From Mobula hypostoma (Eukaryota): a DNA stretch of 64,000 nucleotides. Location: positions 134,728,001 through 134,792,000 of the forward strand of contig NC_086097.1 in the NCBI RefSeq assembly GCF_963921235.1, read 5' to 3'. Below the pieces are notes generated by a model. The model made no database searches. It saw nothing but the letters and a program-made list of their open reading frames with translations, and was not told the origin of the DNA. Position numbers and translations under genes: made by a program. This document shows, piece by piece, positions 12,601 to 26,460 of this stretch (positions are counted from its first letter, which is position 1; each line of letters opens with the position of its first letter).

Positions 12601-14199
12601 TCTCATTACTCTAAACTCTGGGGAGTACAGGCTCACTCTGCTAAAGGAGACATTAAAAGGAGGAATTTAAGGAAGCACTAAATTCATACTTATAAAGAAT
12701 GGACAAAATTTGTATCTATGTTTGTGATGTTGCAACAAACAAGTTTTACGATGATCCTGTACTTTAAAATACCTGTGCACATGACAATAAAATCAACTAT
12801 TGACAAAAGTTACTCATTAAAAGTTCACTGACTGAAGATGACCTTTCCCCTGTGTGTGCATTTTAACACACTAATCAGGACTCAGCCCTTTTCCCCAGAT
12901 TTATCCATGTCCATAATTAACCGCATGGTACAGAGGGACTACTACCATGTGAGCTCTCAGAAACCTGAAGCTCAGTGCTATAATCCAGATGGTAACTGTG
13001 CTTCAGGTGAGGACCAGCTCCAAATTACCACTCACAGTCAGCAAAGTTGGATGTGGGGTATAACATCCGTGAAACCTAGGAGTCATGTTACGTTTTAAAA
13101 TGTCTCTGAAATTGAGGAATTGCAAGAGTGGTAAAGTCAAAGTAAACACTTTTTTAAAAAAATTAACAGAATGAAAAACACAAAGTCATTAAATTCAAGT
13201 GAACAAGTTTTTAAAATCTTATCCCTTCTTTTGCCTCCAAATATGTAAACATACAACAGTAACTACAGATGAAGAAAGTGAACCTACCTTAGTGACTCAC
13301 ATGTGTCACACCCAACACAAGTAACTATCATCCATCACCCATGTGGACAAGAAATAAAAATCACGATGAAAAGCAGGTAGAGAACCAAGAACAGTCCACA
13401 AATTAAAAATCTACATTTTTCTTTTTCTTCTCCAAAAATATCTCTCCAAGAGTCAGCATTGTTTCCCAAAAAGCAATCAAATTGCTTCTACAATTGCCTC
13501 ATTCTATTTTCGCTCCTATTCTTCTTCTAGTTCATATACTGTCACACCATTTTGTCTTCAGCTGCAGAGACAAAGTTATACAATTCCAAAGAAAACAAAG
13601 GAATATTTTTAGTGGGCATTTTCTGTGTTCAACACTCCCCTAATATCCAGGAAGACAAAATTATGTTAATTGACAATATATCAGCAGAGGATTTGTCTAT
13701 TTGCATACCCAACTAGATGCACAACAGAACAGTTGGACCAAACAAAAGTAAACTCGAAATTCAAAATATTTCATAGTAGATTTCAAAACACATTTTGGCA
13801 AATGGGCAAAACCACTTCTGCGCATGAGTTGCCTCCTGGTACTAACTCTGTGATTTAAACCTTATGTCAAAGCATCCATTCATACAAAAAAAATCTGAAT
13901 TTTCAGATCACGGCAAAGTTACACAGGGAAGAACTCACACCAGTGGATCAGAAGGTAATGGTTCAAGACCTGTTCTAGGGATTCAAGCTCTCGATCCAGG
14001 CTAATGCCCAAGAACAGTACTGGAAGTGTGCAGACTATCAAAGATATTTTGTTTCAGATTAAAAACAATGTTCTCCAATGTGGACACAATAGCTTCTTTC
14101 TTCTACTTTTGTAGAGTGGTGCAATGCAACTGCACCATAAAAATTACTGAGTTATCACTTAGTTGCTTCCTACATTACATCAGTATCTACACATAAGAA

Positions 14200-14950
14200 T
14201 GGATCTCTCACTCAATGTCAACAAGACCAAGGAACTGACATTAGACTTCAGGAGGGGGAAGCCAGAGGTCCAGGAGCCAGTAATCATTGGAGGATCAGAG
14301 GTGGACAGGGTCGGTAACTTTAAACTCCAAACTCCGGAGCGTCACTATCACAGAGGACTCATCCTGACCCATCATATAAATATGATTGTGAAGAAAACAC
14401 GACAGTGCCTCTACTTCCTCAGGACTCTGCAGAGATTCAACATGTCATCAAAAACCTTGCCAAAACTTCTATAGATGTGTGGTGGAAAGTGTGCTGACTG
14501 GCTGCATTACAGGCTGGTATGGGAACACCAAAGCCCTTGAGCAGAAAATCCTACAGAAAGTAATGGATTCTGCCCAGCACATCACAGGTAAAACAGTTCT
14601 GACCATTGAGTACACCTACACGAAATGCTGCTGTAGAAAAGCGGCATTAATTATCAGAGATCCTCACCACCCAGGTCATGCTCTTTTCTGGCTGCTGCCA
14701 TCAGGTAGAAGGTACAGGTGCCTCAGGAATTGCACCACCAGGTTCAAGAACAGTTACTACCCTTAATCATGGAGCTCTTGAACAAAAGGAGATAACTACA
14801 CTCATTTAAAGACTTTAAACTTGTTATTTCACACTCGTTATTAATTTACTATCTGCATTTGCAGATTGCTTACAGTTTACAGATTCCATTTACTGTTACT
14901 GTTCTATAGATTTGCTAAGAATGTCCACAGAAAAAGAATCTCAGGTTGCA
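14200..14950 (+). mobile_element. Rex1-type LINE 3' fragment
   Basis: ORFs 14163-14474 (LNVNKTKEL..KKTRQCLYFLR) and 14479-14766 (ESVLTGCITGWYG..LPSGRRYR). Confidence 0.85.
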
Positions 14951-15699
14951 TCCTTACTGTAGCTTGCTTTCCCAAATAGCTTTGGGCAAAGGTAAAAAAT
15001 GTGGAAACTTTACATTTGGGCCTTTTATCTGTGTAAAGAATATAACGTGTAAGGAGTTGAGGTTCCATCAGAGATCATTTAAGCATCAACTAATCTGGCA
15101 ACCTGAAAAATAATCATATGTAGTCAACACAATGGAGCACAATAAAACATAAGAATGTGAGTCAAACTACACATTGACCCCAAAGAGCCTGATTTAGCTT
15201 AACTGAAGCAAGAGACTGATCAGCCATGATCTTATTGATGGATGGAGTAGGCTCAAAGGGCCATATAGCCTATTCCTGCTATTAGCTCCTAAATTCTTAT
15301 ATACACATATGCAGGCATTGGAGATAAAGCAAGGACTAATCGCAAAGTCAGTCTCCTGTGTCACATGAGTGAGCTACTGTATGAAAGGAAGCCTTGGATA
15401 TATTTGGGCTTTGGACCATCAGAGGCAGTTAAAGTGGCTTTTAAGAAACAAATACAAACTAACATTTAAGAAAGCAGTTAATCTGGCACATTAGTGGCCA
15501 TGGGAAAGCAGAAATGGATTCAAACTAGTGAGAAATAAATAACAGGCACATATTGATCATTATGAATCTTTCAATAAGTGGAAAGTGCCAAGAAAGCAAA
15601 TTCCTTGGAATTATTTTGATGACACAAAGTTTCTAGGAGGAATAAGTTAACACGATATAGTTGTCTGAAGTTATTTGTATTTTGTAAGGGTTAGGTAGA

Positions 15700-15970
15700 A
15701 CAGTGATGATGTTGCTGAACTAGTTATTACTTAATACTTAGACTATTGATGCAGCGGCACGTCCAAATCCAACTACAGCTGCTGAAGAAGTTAATTTTAG
15801 TTCATTAAAACTGAAATATCATGCAAGCATCAGTGATGGTGACAGAATTGTTTTAAAAATTCATCGAGCTCACTGATGTCATTCAGCAAAAGAAATGTGC
15901 CATCAGTCTCGGCTAAGTACAGCTTCTGATTCACCAATATGGTTGATCCTTAAAGGCCCTCAGAGAGCCT
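15700..15970 (+). mobile_element. Old SINE-like repeat (related minus-strand copy ~43460-43750)
   Basis: Degenerate similarity between the two loci; resembles an old elasmobranch tRNA-SINE. Confidence 0.35.
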
Positions 15971-18399
15971 TATTTATGGGATTTATACACTTTTTCCTCA
16001 TTCCAAGTTCTACTTTAGAAACCTACATTACAAGGAGCACCTACCTCAAGTTCCCGTAGAGCACTGAAGTACACTGGACTGAAAAGGCTTTCTCTTTCTA
16101 CAAGAATTTCACAAAGCATCATTTTTCTTAAGATGCATGACAGTGGACACATTATAAAAATATACTCTGAACAAGGTATAAGCAGTAATTCAATGCTCAG
16201 CATCTACAGAATCTCAAGATTGAATTTCAGATCTGCTCTCTAGCTTATTTTTCCTTCATGCCAGCTACAAGTTAGTTAAGAGGGTTTAGACTTCACTGAA
16301 TAAAGTGGGTTTTTTCCCTCCATTTTGCTCTCTTGTAGTAACTGAAATACTCAATGTCCTACAACAGAAAGAATGGCAGGCCAACAACCTCTTAGACAAT
16401 TCCTCACAACTGAGGATTATTTGCTTCCACTGCAGATGTGTGGGTTCTCAGATGACTGGTGAAGCCAGTGTGGAAATCTCTTTCACAGACAGGACAGGAG
16501 GTGGCTGATGGGTACTTGCACTGGTGCTCTGTGTGCTCTTGGTACATAGATCCAAGGTTCTCAGTACCATCCCAGATGTTTCATCTCTAGTTTTCAGTGG
16601 TCATGGACACAGATTCTCAGGAATCAGTGGGAATGTTGCATTTCAAGGGGCATTCAGTACATTATTGAATCTTTTCCCTTGTCCATGAGATAATCACTTT
16701 CAAGTCAGGGCTCAAGATGGATGGATGGTCTGTTTTGGGAAACTGGTGCTGGGCAGGCAATGGAGTGGCCTGCATACAAAGCAAGCTCCCACAAACAATG
16801 TGATAATGACCATCTGCTGATGTCAGTTGCAAAACAGCAGACAGGGCAATTAGAACATTTACTTACAGAGTCGGCTGAAAGACAGTACCATGGACAGTGC
16901 AACATTCCCTCATCTGATGCAGGGTGTCCCAAATTCTTATGTTTTGATGTCTTTGTTTAGTCCTTGGGCTTGGGTCGACACAGAGCCTTTTTCATGAGCT
17001 AAATTAATGGGAAATCAACAGCCTGGCATTGCAAAATGCCAGAAATGTCACTGCAGATATCTGCAGCATTCAGAGCTTTTGCAAAGCTTTGTGCCCTCAA
17101 CGTATTTAAGATCAGAGATCAGAGCACCCATGGACATCTGTGCACCAGTCAGTGAGTCGAAAGGTGGGGAACACACTTCAAAATTCATGTTACAGCTGAA
17201 AATGTTTACTCAACAAAGCAAACTGCCTACAGTCTATTGAAACAGGAACAAAGTGCATTGGAGCAACTAGAACTCATTATCCAAACTTCAGATCCTGAAG
17301 GAAGCAATATTATTCATCCAGCAGAACACTGTTAGTATGATGCAAATGATGTGCAGATAGTAAATTCTAGTATCTCACATTACAGTGAGTTCCCCTTGAG
17401 CTTTCCAGTCAAATAACTCAATATTCCAGCTTCCAAGTACGGAGATGTACATGTATGCAAAATTGAGTCCAGACCTGGATCTTAATTGACAGTGGCAAAC
17501 TTGAACCCAATTCAAACCCCAGGTGCTTATACTTTTTGCCTAACTCGGTCCTAGGCTCTCAATATGCTGATTGCTGCTGTTCTCTGCATGCACAGATTCC
17601 TGAACTTAACATAAACAGAAATGGTTCACAAATGCATTCAATGACCCCACATACACAATCACATCTCGTCAGACCTGGAATACTGGAGTGAAAACGCTGG
17701 CATTTAACAGTACCGAACTGTTGATTTCCCACTGATTTAGCTCATGATAGAAAAAATGCTGCATTGATATAAACCTGAAGGTTAAAGATGGTCATGAGAA
17801 TTTGAGGCCAAGTACAGCAAGGGAGGGCTGCAACGCCCATGGCTCTTTCAGATGACTCATTCAGCAGAAGTTCTAACCGCGCACTTAGTTGGCTGTAAAA
17901 GATCCCAAGCTGAAATTTTGATTCAGAGCTGGGTTCCTCTGCCTGGTGTCTGTCCACTGACATTAACAGCTGGTCATTCTTATATTGTAGCCACACTCCT
18001 GAGTATCACAGATTTTAATGGCTCACTTCTGGCAGCTGTACTAATCCTCTAACTTCCTATCCCTCTTTCAGACACACCTGAAAATCTCCCAAACCTCTTC
18101 TGAGCAAGCTTTTGGTCATATTTTCTGAATATCTCCTTATCTGACATTTTGGTACATATTCTTACAGGACTTTAGATGCTTTACAAAAAAAAACAGAAAT
18201 GTTGGAAGAACTTAGCCAGTCAGGCAACATCTGTGGAAAGAGAACTCAGTTAATGTGATATATTAAATGAGAAACAGTAAAACATTAACTAGCAGAGTTG
18301 TTCAGTACTTTCTATATTCGATTCAGATTCCAGCATCTGCAATTTTAATTCATTTTCCATTGGAATGTTTCATAATGTGCACAAAGGATGGACATTGAA

Positions 18400-18595
18400 T
18401 CTTTGGACACTACCTCACTTGTTTAAAAAAATGTACAGTATTTCTGTTTTTGCACATTTCTTTAATCTATTCAATATACATAATTGATTCACTTGTTTAT
18501 TTTTTTCTCTAAATTATATATTGCATTGAACGGCTGCTGCTAAGTTAGCAAATTTCGCGTCACATGCCAGTGATAATAAACCTGATTCGGATTCG
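18400..18595 (+). mobile_element. Rex1-type 3' UTR tail
   Basis: Near match to 32280-32440 in reverse; ends gtgataataaacctgattcggattcg. Confidence 0.7.
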
Positions 18596-19114
18596 CAAAT
18601 CTACATTTCTGTTGTTAAGAGTTGGAAGTAATTGTAATAAATTGGCAAGCTAGTTCATCATTTATCAAGGTACAATGAAATATTTTGCTTTGTATGCCAT
18701 GCACACAGATCAGTTCATTACAACAGTGCACTGAGATAGTACAAGGGAAAACAATAACTGAACACAGAGTAAAGTTTCACAAGTTACAGAGAAAGAGCAG
18801 TGAATGCAAACAATATTTTACAAAATGACTAAGAATTGGTTAAAAGATTTAGAAGGTATTCGAAACTTCAACACCAAATGATGTTGCAAGTTTATTTTAT
18901 TTCTGTATCCAGTGTTAGTGTGAAGGAAGTGCCTGTCAGGAAGTAAGTGCTGAAGATTATGCACTCTTAAAATTGACAGTGACTGTAACACCTAGGATAG
19001 CTTTGTAACGGATTGTGCTAAAAATTAAGATTTCAGCTCTTGTCAATTTGATGTTTTGCTGAACATATAAGAGTGCAAAACAAAGTTTGGAGCAGAGAAC
19101 AGTACAGCACTGAC

Positions 19115-19717
19115 AGACCAGACAGTGATGCAGCCTGTCAGAATGTTTTCCCCATTACAACTATAGAAGTTTTTCTGCCTATTTGCTGACATGCCAAATC
19201 TCTTCAAACTCCTAATAAAGTATAGCCACTGCCTTGCCTTCTTTATAACTACATCAGTATGTTGGGACCAGGTTAGATCCTCAGAGATCTTGACACCCAG
19301 GAACTTGAAACTGCTTACTCTTTCCACTTCTGATCCCTCTATGAGGATTGGAATATGTTCCTTCGTCCTACCCTTAGCTGAAGTCCACAATCAGCTCTTT
19401 CATCTTATTGACATGAGTGCCACGTTGCTGCTGCAGCACCACTCCACTAGTCCTGTACGCCCTCTCATCACCCCGAGATGGTTGTATTGCCAGCAAATTT
19501 ATAGATGGTATTTGAGCTATGCCTAGCCACACAGTCTTGTGCATACAGAGAGTTGAGCAGTGGGCTAAGCACACACCCCTGAGGTGCGCCAGTGTTGATC
19601 GTCAGTGAGGAGGATATGTTATCACCAATCCGCACAGACTGTGGTCTTCCGGTTTGGAAGTCGACGACCCAATTGCAGAGGGAGGTACGAAGGCTCAAGT
19701 TCTGCAACTGCTCAATC
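19115..19717 (-). mobile_element. Rex1-type LINE RT fragment
   Basis: [21 protein letters not shown]...KFA and KKARQWLYFIRSLKRFG in minus ORFs. Confidence 0.9.
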
Positions 19718-20249
19718 AGGGACCATCTCCCAACCATTAAGAACATCTGCAGGTAGCAATATCTCAAAGAGGCAAAATCCATCATTAAGGGTCCCCTATC
19801 ATCTGGGCAATGTCTTTATTGCATTGCTGTTATCAGACAGGAGGTACAGGAGTCCGAAGGCCCACACTTTATGATTTCAACAACAGATTCTAATTTGGAC
19901 TATATTTTTCTCAACTTCCACTAATGATATTGTGCAGGTAATATCTAAATATTAATTTTTAAAATTTATATTCTCCTGCAAAAAGCTAATTTTCATAGAA
20001 TTTATACCCTGTGTATGTATGTCCATGACAACGTACTCGAACAAACTCAAAAGCAGTCACTTACAATCATTATTCATTATCTGACAACAATTTTAATATC
20101 CACCATGCACACTTTAATATTCAGGCTCATTCAACATTTGTGCACTATGCTTGGTCTGTTAAGGAGTCTACCAGCCCACAAAACAAAGTTTTTCCGGACA
20201 GAATAACTAAGCAAAAATAAGAATTCTTGACATTTTTTATCTCTCTAAA

Positions 20250-20740
20250 GTTCAAAGTCCAAAGTAAATTTTCTTATCAAAATACATATCTGCTACCACG
20301 TACAATCCCGAGATTCATTTTCCTGCGGGCATACTCAGCAAATCTATAGAATAGTAACTAGTACAAGATCAACGAAAGGTCAACCAGAGCACAGAAGACA
20401 ACAAACTGTGCAAATGCAAATATAAGTACAAAGTAAATAATGAGAAGATGAGATAATGAGATAATGAGATAGAGTCCTTAAAGTGAGATAACTGGTTGTT
20501 GGAACATCTCAATAGATGGGCAAGTGAGTGTAGTTATCCCCTTTTGTTCAAGAGCTTGATGGTTGAGGGGTAGTAACTGTTCTTGAACCTGGTGGTTTGA
20601 GTCCTAAAACTCTTGCACCATCTATCTGATGGCAGCAGCAAGAAAATAGCATGGCCTGGCTGGTGGTGATCTCTGATGATGGATGCTCTTCATTTAGATG
20701 TCCTCAATGGTTGGGAGGGCTTTACCCATGATGTCAACGT
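20250..20740 (-). mobile_element. Rex1-type LINE 3' fragment
   Basis: Reverse match to 14600-14950; (ctttga)n-like tail at 20250. Confidence 0.7.
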
Positions 20741-21130
20741 TATACAGAACTAGACAGGTCCTTTGACCTGACTCAAAGACAAAGATGCCTATTTCAGCTA
20801 CTACCAATTGGCTATGTTTGGCCTATATCCTTCTCTGCTCTCAATGTACCCATCCAAATGTCTTTAAAATGCTATAGTAGTACTGTTACCCCCAAAACAA
20901 TTATCTCTAATGGGGGTTAGCAGACAGAATTCTTGATTCTGTGTCAGAAGGTTGGAGCAGCCAAAGAGAGCATAAAATTTAGCCTGCTACTCCAACTGCA
21001 GTAGTTTAGCTGTGAGGGACTGCAGCACTGTTCGACTGCAACAGGATAAGCTGAAACCCTGCCTGCTCCCTCAGGGATTTCTAAAAAATTTTCCAGACAG
21101 TATTTTTCTTTTTACCAAGGAACAAATTAC

Positions 21131-21158
21131 CTGCTTATCAACATTTTCTGGGGCATCC
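21131..21158 (-). other. Candidate 28-nt micro-exon of the leftward host gene
   Basis: Minus strand gatttttaatacag|GGATGCCCCAGAAAATGTTGATAAGCAG|gtaatt. Confidence 0.2.
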
Positions 21159-21871
21159 CTGTATTAAAAATCAGCTGATTTCTTCTGTAAGAATTGAGCT
21201 ATTCACTGTCTATACAGAGCTGGTAAGATCACAGGCACTAAAGCTGCTGTTACACTCAGTCAGCTCTGCTACGCAAACCACCTTGCTCACCCAGCATCAC
21301 CCATTTCCTGCTCTGCCTCAGGAACAGGTGACCAGGTGGATGGAGAAAAGGTTTGAAGGATGTGGCAAAGCCTCCTTGAAGAATGCATTATCTCAATCCA
21401 CTCATGGGACCCTCTGCCTTACAACTACACACAGTGCAGAAGGAGCACTTGGGAAGTTATTGAAAATCTTGAGTAAGCACACAGTGGTCCCACATAAATG
21501 GCGGGAGTACAGTACCTCAGAAACCACCTCCATCTTGCCCAGTCAGGCACCTGCTAACCTATCCATGGAGGAATCTAAAATTTCAGCTTTGGTCACCTCA
21601 CAACAGAAGAAGGGGCCAAGATTATGATTGGCACACAAGATGAAGCTAGCTTTGCTTTCTTTTCTAAGAAACATATTATTAAATTACTAGCTCATTTTGA
21701 AATTGCAATGCTAATGCAATATTAGATTTCCACATGAACCATGGCATGTTAATCCTGAAAGAACCAGTAATCCAAAATTTTCATTTTCATTTTACATGGC
21801 TTGATGTTAAATATTAACTGAATTACAGCTCACTGAAGCTCTACAGCACTCCCATTTCTTCAGTAAATATA

Positions 21872-22432
21872 CACGAAGTGGCCACTTTATTAGGTACCTC
21901 CTGCACCTAATAAAGTAGTCAGAGTGCATGTTTGTGGTCTTCTAGTGTTGAAGCCCATCTACCTCAAGGTTCAACATGCTGTTCAGAGATGCTCTTCTCC
22001 ACACCACTGTTGGAACGCATGTTTATTTGAGTTACTGACACCTTCCTGTCAGCTTGAACCAGTCTGGCCATTCTCCACTTACCTCTCTCATCAACAAGGT
22101 GCTTTCACTCACGGAACTGCCACTCACGGGATGTTTTTTCTGTTTTTCCCCCACACCATTCTCCATAAATTCTAGTGGCTGTTATGTGTGAAAATCCCAG
22201 GAGGTCAGTGGTTTCTGAGCTACACAAAACACCCCGTCCTGCATCAACAATCTTCCCACTGTCAAAGTCACATTGATCACATTTCTTCCCATTCCAATGT
22301 TTGGTCTGAACAACTGAACCTCTTGACCATGTCTGCATGCTTTTATGCATTCAGTTGCTGCCACTTGATTGGCTGATTAGATATTTGCATTAACGAGGAG
22401 TAGAAGTATACTTAATAATGTGGCCACTAAGT
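21872..22432 (-). mobile_element. Second Tc1-derived non-autonomous element (same family as 108-658)
   Basis: TA then cacgaagtggccactttattaggtac; HTH remnant DFDSGKIVDAGRG...ETTDLLGFSH. Confidence 0.85.
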
Positions 22433-22434
22433 AC

Positions 22435-24825
22435 AGACACAAGAAAATCCGCAGATGCTGGAAATCCAAAGCAACACACACAAAATGCTGGAAGAACCCA
22501 GCAGGCCATGCGGCATCTATGAAAAAGAGTAAACAGCTGACGTTTCGAGCCGAGACCCTTCGTCAGGACTGGAAAGGAAGGGGGAAGGTCAGAATAAGAA
22601 GGTGGGAGGAGGGGAGGAGGTGATGGGTGAAACTGGGAGGGGGAGGCGTGAAGTAAAGAGCTGGGAAGTAGATTGCTGGAAGAGATAAAGGGATGCAGAA
22701 GGGGAAATCTGATAGGAGAGGATAGAAGACCATGGAAGAAAGGGAGAAGGAGAAGCGCCACCCAGAGGGAGGTGATGGACAGGTAAGGAGATAAGATGAT
22801 GGGGGGAAAACAGGAATGGGGAATGAAGGGGAGGGGGCAAATACCGGTAGTTCAAGAAATCGATGTTCATGTGACCAGGTTGGAATCTAAGGTGTTGTTC
22901 CTCCAAACTGAATGTGGCCTCATCGCTGCAGTAGAGGCGGCCATGGACAGACATGTCAAAAGAGGGATGGAAAGTAGAGTTGGAATGGCTGGCTACTGGG
23001 AGATCAGGCTTCTTCTGGTGGACAGAGCAGTCTCCCAATCTACGTCAGGTCTCATCTGTTAACAGGTGCTCGGCAAAGCAGTCTCCCAATCTACGTCAGG
23101 TCTCATCTGTTAACAGAAGGCCACACCAGGAGAACCGGATACAGTAGATGACCCCAAAAGACTCACAGGTGAAGAGTCGCCTCACTTGGAAGGACTGTTT
23201 GGGGTCCTGAATGGTAGTGAGGGAGGTGATGTAGAGGCAGGTGTAGCACTTATTTCCCTTGCAAGGATAAGTGCCAGAAGGAAAATCAGTAGGGAAGGAC
23301 GAATGGACAAGGGAGTCATGTAGGGAGAGAAAGATGTGCTTGGTGGTGGGATGCCATTGGAGATGGCGGAAGTTACGAAGAATTATGTGCTGGACACGGA
23401 GGCTGGTGGAGTGGTAGGTGAGGACAAGAGGAACCCTATTTCTAACAGGGTGGCATGAGGATGGAGTGAAGACAGATGTGTGCGAAATGGAAGAGACATG
23501 GGCAAGGGTAGCATTGATGGTGGAGGAAGGGAAGTCCCTTTCTTTGCAGAAGGAAGTAATCTCTTTAGCTCTGGAATGAAAATTCTCATCTTGAGAGCAG
23601 AGACAGAGACTGAGGGAAGGGGATGGCATTTTTACAAGTGACAGGGTGGGAAGAGGTATAGTCCAAGTAGTTGTGAGAATCAGTGGATTTATAAAAGATA
23701 TCAGAAGATAGACTATCTCCAGAGATGGAGACAGAGATCAAGAAAGGGAAGAGAGGTTTTGGAAATGGACCTAGTAAATTTGAGGGCAGGGTAGAAGTTG
23801 GAGGCAAAGCTGATGAAGCCAACAAGCTCAGCATGGGTGCAGGAAGCAATACCAATGCAGTCGCCAATGTAGCGTGGGAAGAGTTGGGGAGTGATACCGG
23901 TGTAGGCTTGGAACGTGATAGCTGACAAAAAGGCAGGCATAGCTGGGACCTTTGCAAATGCCCATGGCTACACCTTTGGTTTGAAGGAAGTGGGAGGAAC
24001 CAAAGGTGAAATTATTGAGGGTGAAGATCAGTTCTGCCAGACGGAGGAGAGTGGTGGTGGAGGGGAAATGGTTTGGTCTGTTGTCCAGAAAAAAGCAGAG
24101 AGCTTTAAGGCCCTCCTAATGGAGCATGGACATCCAAAGTGAACTTTGGCCAGGGAACTTAAAAGTCTTTGGAAAAAATCAAGAGTGTGTAAAGTGTCAC
24201 AGATGTAGGTAGGAAGGGACTGAACCGGGGGATAAAACAGAATCGAGGTATGCAGATACAAGTTCAGCGGGGCAGGAACAAGCAGAAACTATGGGTCTAA
24301 CCGGACAGGCAGGTTTGTGGATCTTGGGTAGGAGGTAGAAATGGGAAGTGCAGGGCAAGGGAACTATGAGGATATATCCGTTGCTAAGTTCAGTGATAAT
24401 GTGGGAAACAATGGCCTGATGCTCTTTAGTGGGGTCCCGTTCGAGGGGTAAGTAAGGGGTGTCTGAGAGTTGTCGCCTGGCCTCAGCACGGTAGAGATCA
24501 GTCCCTCAGACTACTACAGCACCCCAACTTATCTGCAGGTTTGATGGTGAGGTTAGGATTAGTGCACTTGATGAGAGGCCTTAAAGTTTTTTTCCCCCCC
24601 AACATCAGTAAAGGTTTCACATTTATCTTCACATTTCAGCCCCCTCACTATCACCTGCCAGTTTGTACTCTTTCCCCTCCCCCACCTTCTTATTCTGGCT
24701 TCTAACATTCCTTCCTCATCCTGATGAAGGGTCTTGGCCCGAAATGTTAACCGTTTATTCCCCTCCATAGATTGCTGCATTCCTGTGTTGCTCAAGATTT
24801 CCAGCATCTGCAGAATCTCGTGTTA
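22435..24825 (-). mobile_element. Penelope-like retroelement (decayed RT + GIY-YIG) with a 3' pLTR and an inverted pLTR fragment at ~24620-24825
   Basis: RYIGDCIG RT motif, IFYKSTDSHNYLDYTSSHP, GVIYCIRFSWCG; frameshifted; ~51-nt tandem duplication at 23026-23116. Confidence 0.92.
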
Positions 24826-26140
24826 GAGCAAGATAGTCACTCAGAATCCAAATGAGAGGGAAAGAAACACTTCTTCTGAATACCCTATGAGAGATTAAAA
24901 CATGAAACTTGCTACCACAAAATGTGATTGAGATAAATAGTAGACTGGGAAAAGCACGTGGAGAAGAAAAGGTTAGTTGTACTGAGGAAGTGCAGGAGCA
25001 GACTCAGGTGGAGCACAACTGGTGGCTGAGCTGTGCACTTTATGTAATATGGTAAAAAACATTCCACAGCTAAAAGGATAAAATTCTCCTCCCACTGCTC
25101 TGTCGCTCGGATATAGTTACCCAATAAACAATAGAACACATGAAATAATGGTTTAAATAAAATAAGGTAACTAAAAGACAAAATACCAAATGTTATTATA
25201 AATATAGTGATCAGTTATTAAGATATTAGCTTAACTTTGGATAGACCTCTTGAAAAGTGGGAAGATTAAAGTAATCCAAACCTCTAACAAGATCATTCTT
25301 ATCGATACAGAGAAGGTAGGTTTCAAGATAAAACAAAATTGAAAGACAAAACTTCTGAAGGTTAAAAAACAATTAATTTTTTTTACTTGTTCAAAATTTA
25401 ATGAATGTAACACTTCCACCAAAACAAATCCAAGAAACGGCAAATATGCAAGGTAGCTACTTGACCCATTACTAATACCCATGTCAGCTACTCAAAAAAA
25501 TTACCCATACCAGGATAGAAATATTTGCAAGAGCAGTTATTCATCTCACGTTGTTTCTGAAATGTTTTCCAGAACTTGCATTCACAATGCCTTAAGGCCA
25601 GGGATTCCCCGCAACCCGAGGTCCACACACCCCTCAGTTAATGGCAAGGCTCCATGTTATTAAAACGTTTGGGAAGGCCTGCTTTAGGCAACGTGTCACA
25701 TACCATAAAAATCATTCTTCTTCTGCCAGTTACATCTCGTTACTGCCTCTCCTGCCAAGGGAATCAGTTTCTCTGTATTTGAAATTGCTAATAACACTAA
25801 ACTGTTCAATTAGATCTCCTCTTAAACTTATTTGCTCAAGGACAGCAATAGTGGTTTCTCCAATAGTATATCTTCAGTCCCTCTACTCCAGTAACCTTGA
25901 GCATTGAGTGTACAAGAAATATTTTGAAATATAGAACAGGCTGTGCATAGAAATATTGCTTTTCCAAAAATGCTGAAAATCTGAAACACAAACAGAAAGT
26001 GCCATAAACACTCAGCAGATTAGACAGCTTGTGGAAATAGAGAGAGTTAACTTTTTCAGGTTGAAGACTTACAGATTACAATTTCTAAAAATCTAGCTGA
26101 GATAGATCTTCATTTTTGACATTTTACTTTACATTATATA

Positions 26141-26188
26141 CAATACTGTCCAAAGTCATATATATACACATACTTTTGCACAGTACTG
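26141..26188. mobile_element. Mini-MITE (Tc1/mariner-type, TA flanked)
   Basis: caatactgtccaaagt...acttttgcacagtactg. Confidence 0.6.
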
Positions 26189-26460
26189 TAGCAGTTTTAT
26201 GTATCGTACTGCTGCAACAACAAAAAAAAACAAATTTCATGACATACGTGAGTGATGATAAACCTGATTCTGATATGGGTCTCTTTATGGAAGGGGACAG
26301 GGAGAGAGTAATCATTGTTGGTAAAAGGGGAAGAGAGAGAGGAATGCACAGGAAGCACCAGAGAGATATTCTGTAATCATCAATAAATCAATTGTTTGGA
26401 ATCAAATGACCTTGCCTGGTGTCTCAGGGCTGGGTGTGTCTGCACTCACACCACTCCCAA

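Noticed and set aside
19115..19890. Twin-priming 5' inversion of one Rex1 copy
   Set aside because: The geometry fits, but the + part looks much more diverged than the - part and no TSD is seen; two independent insertions are more likely
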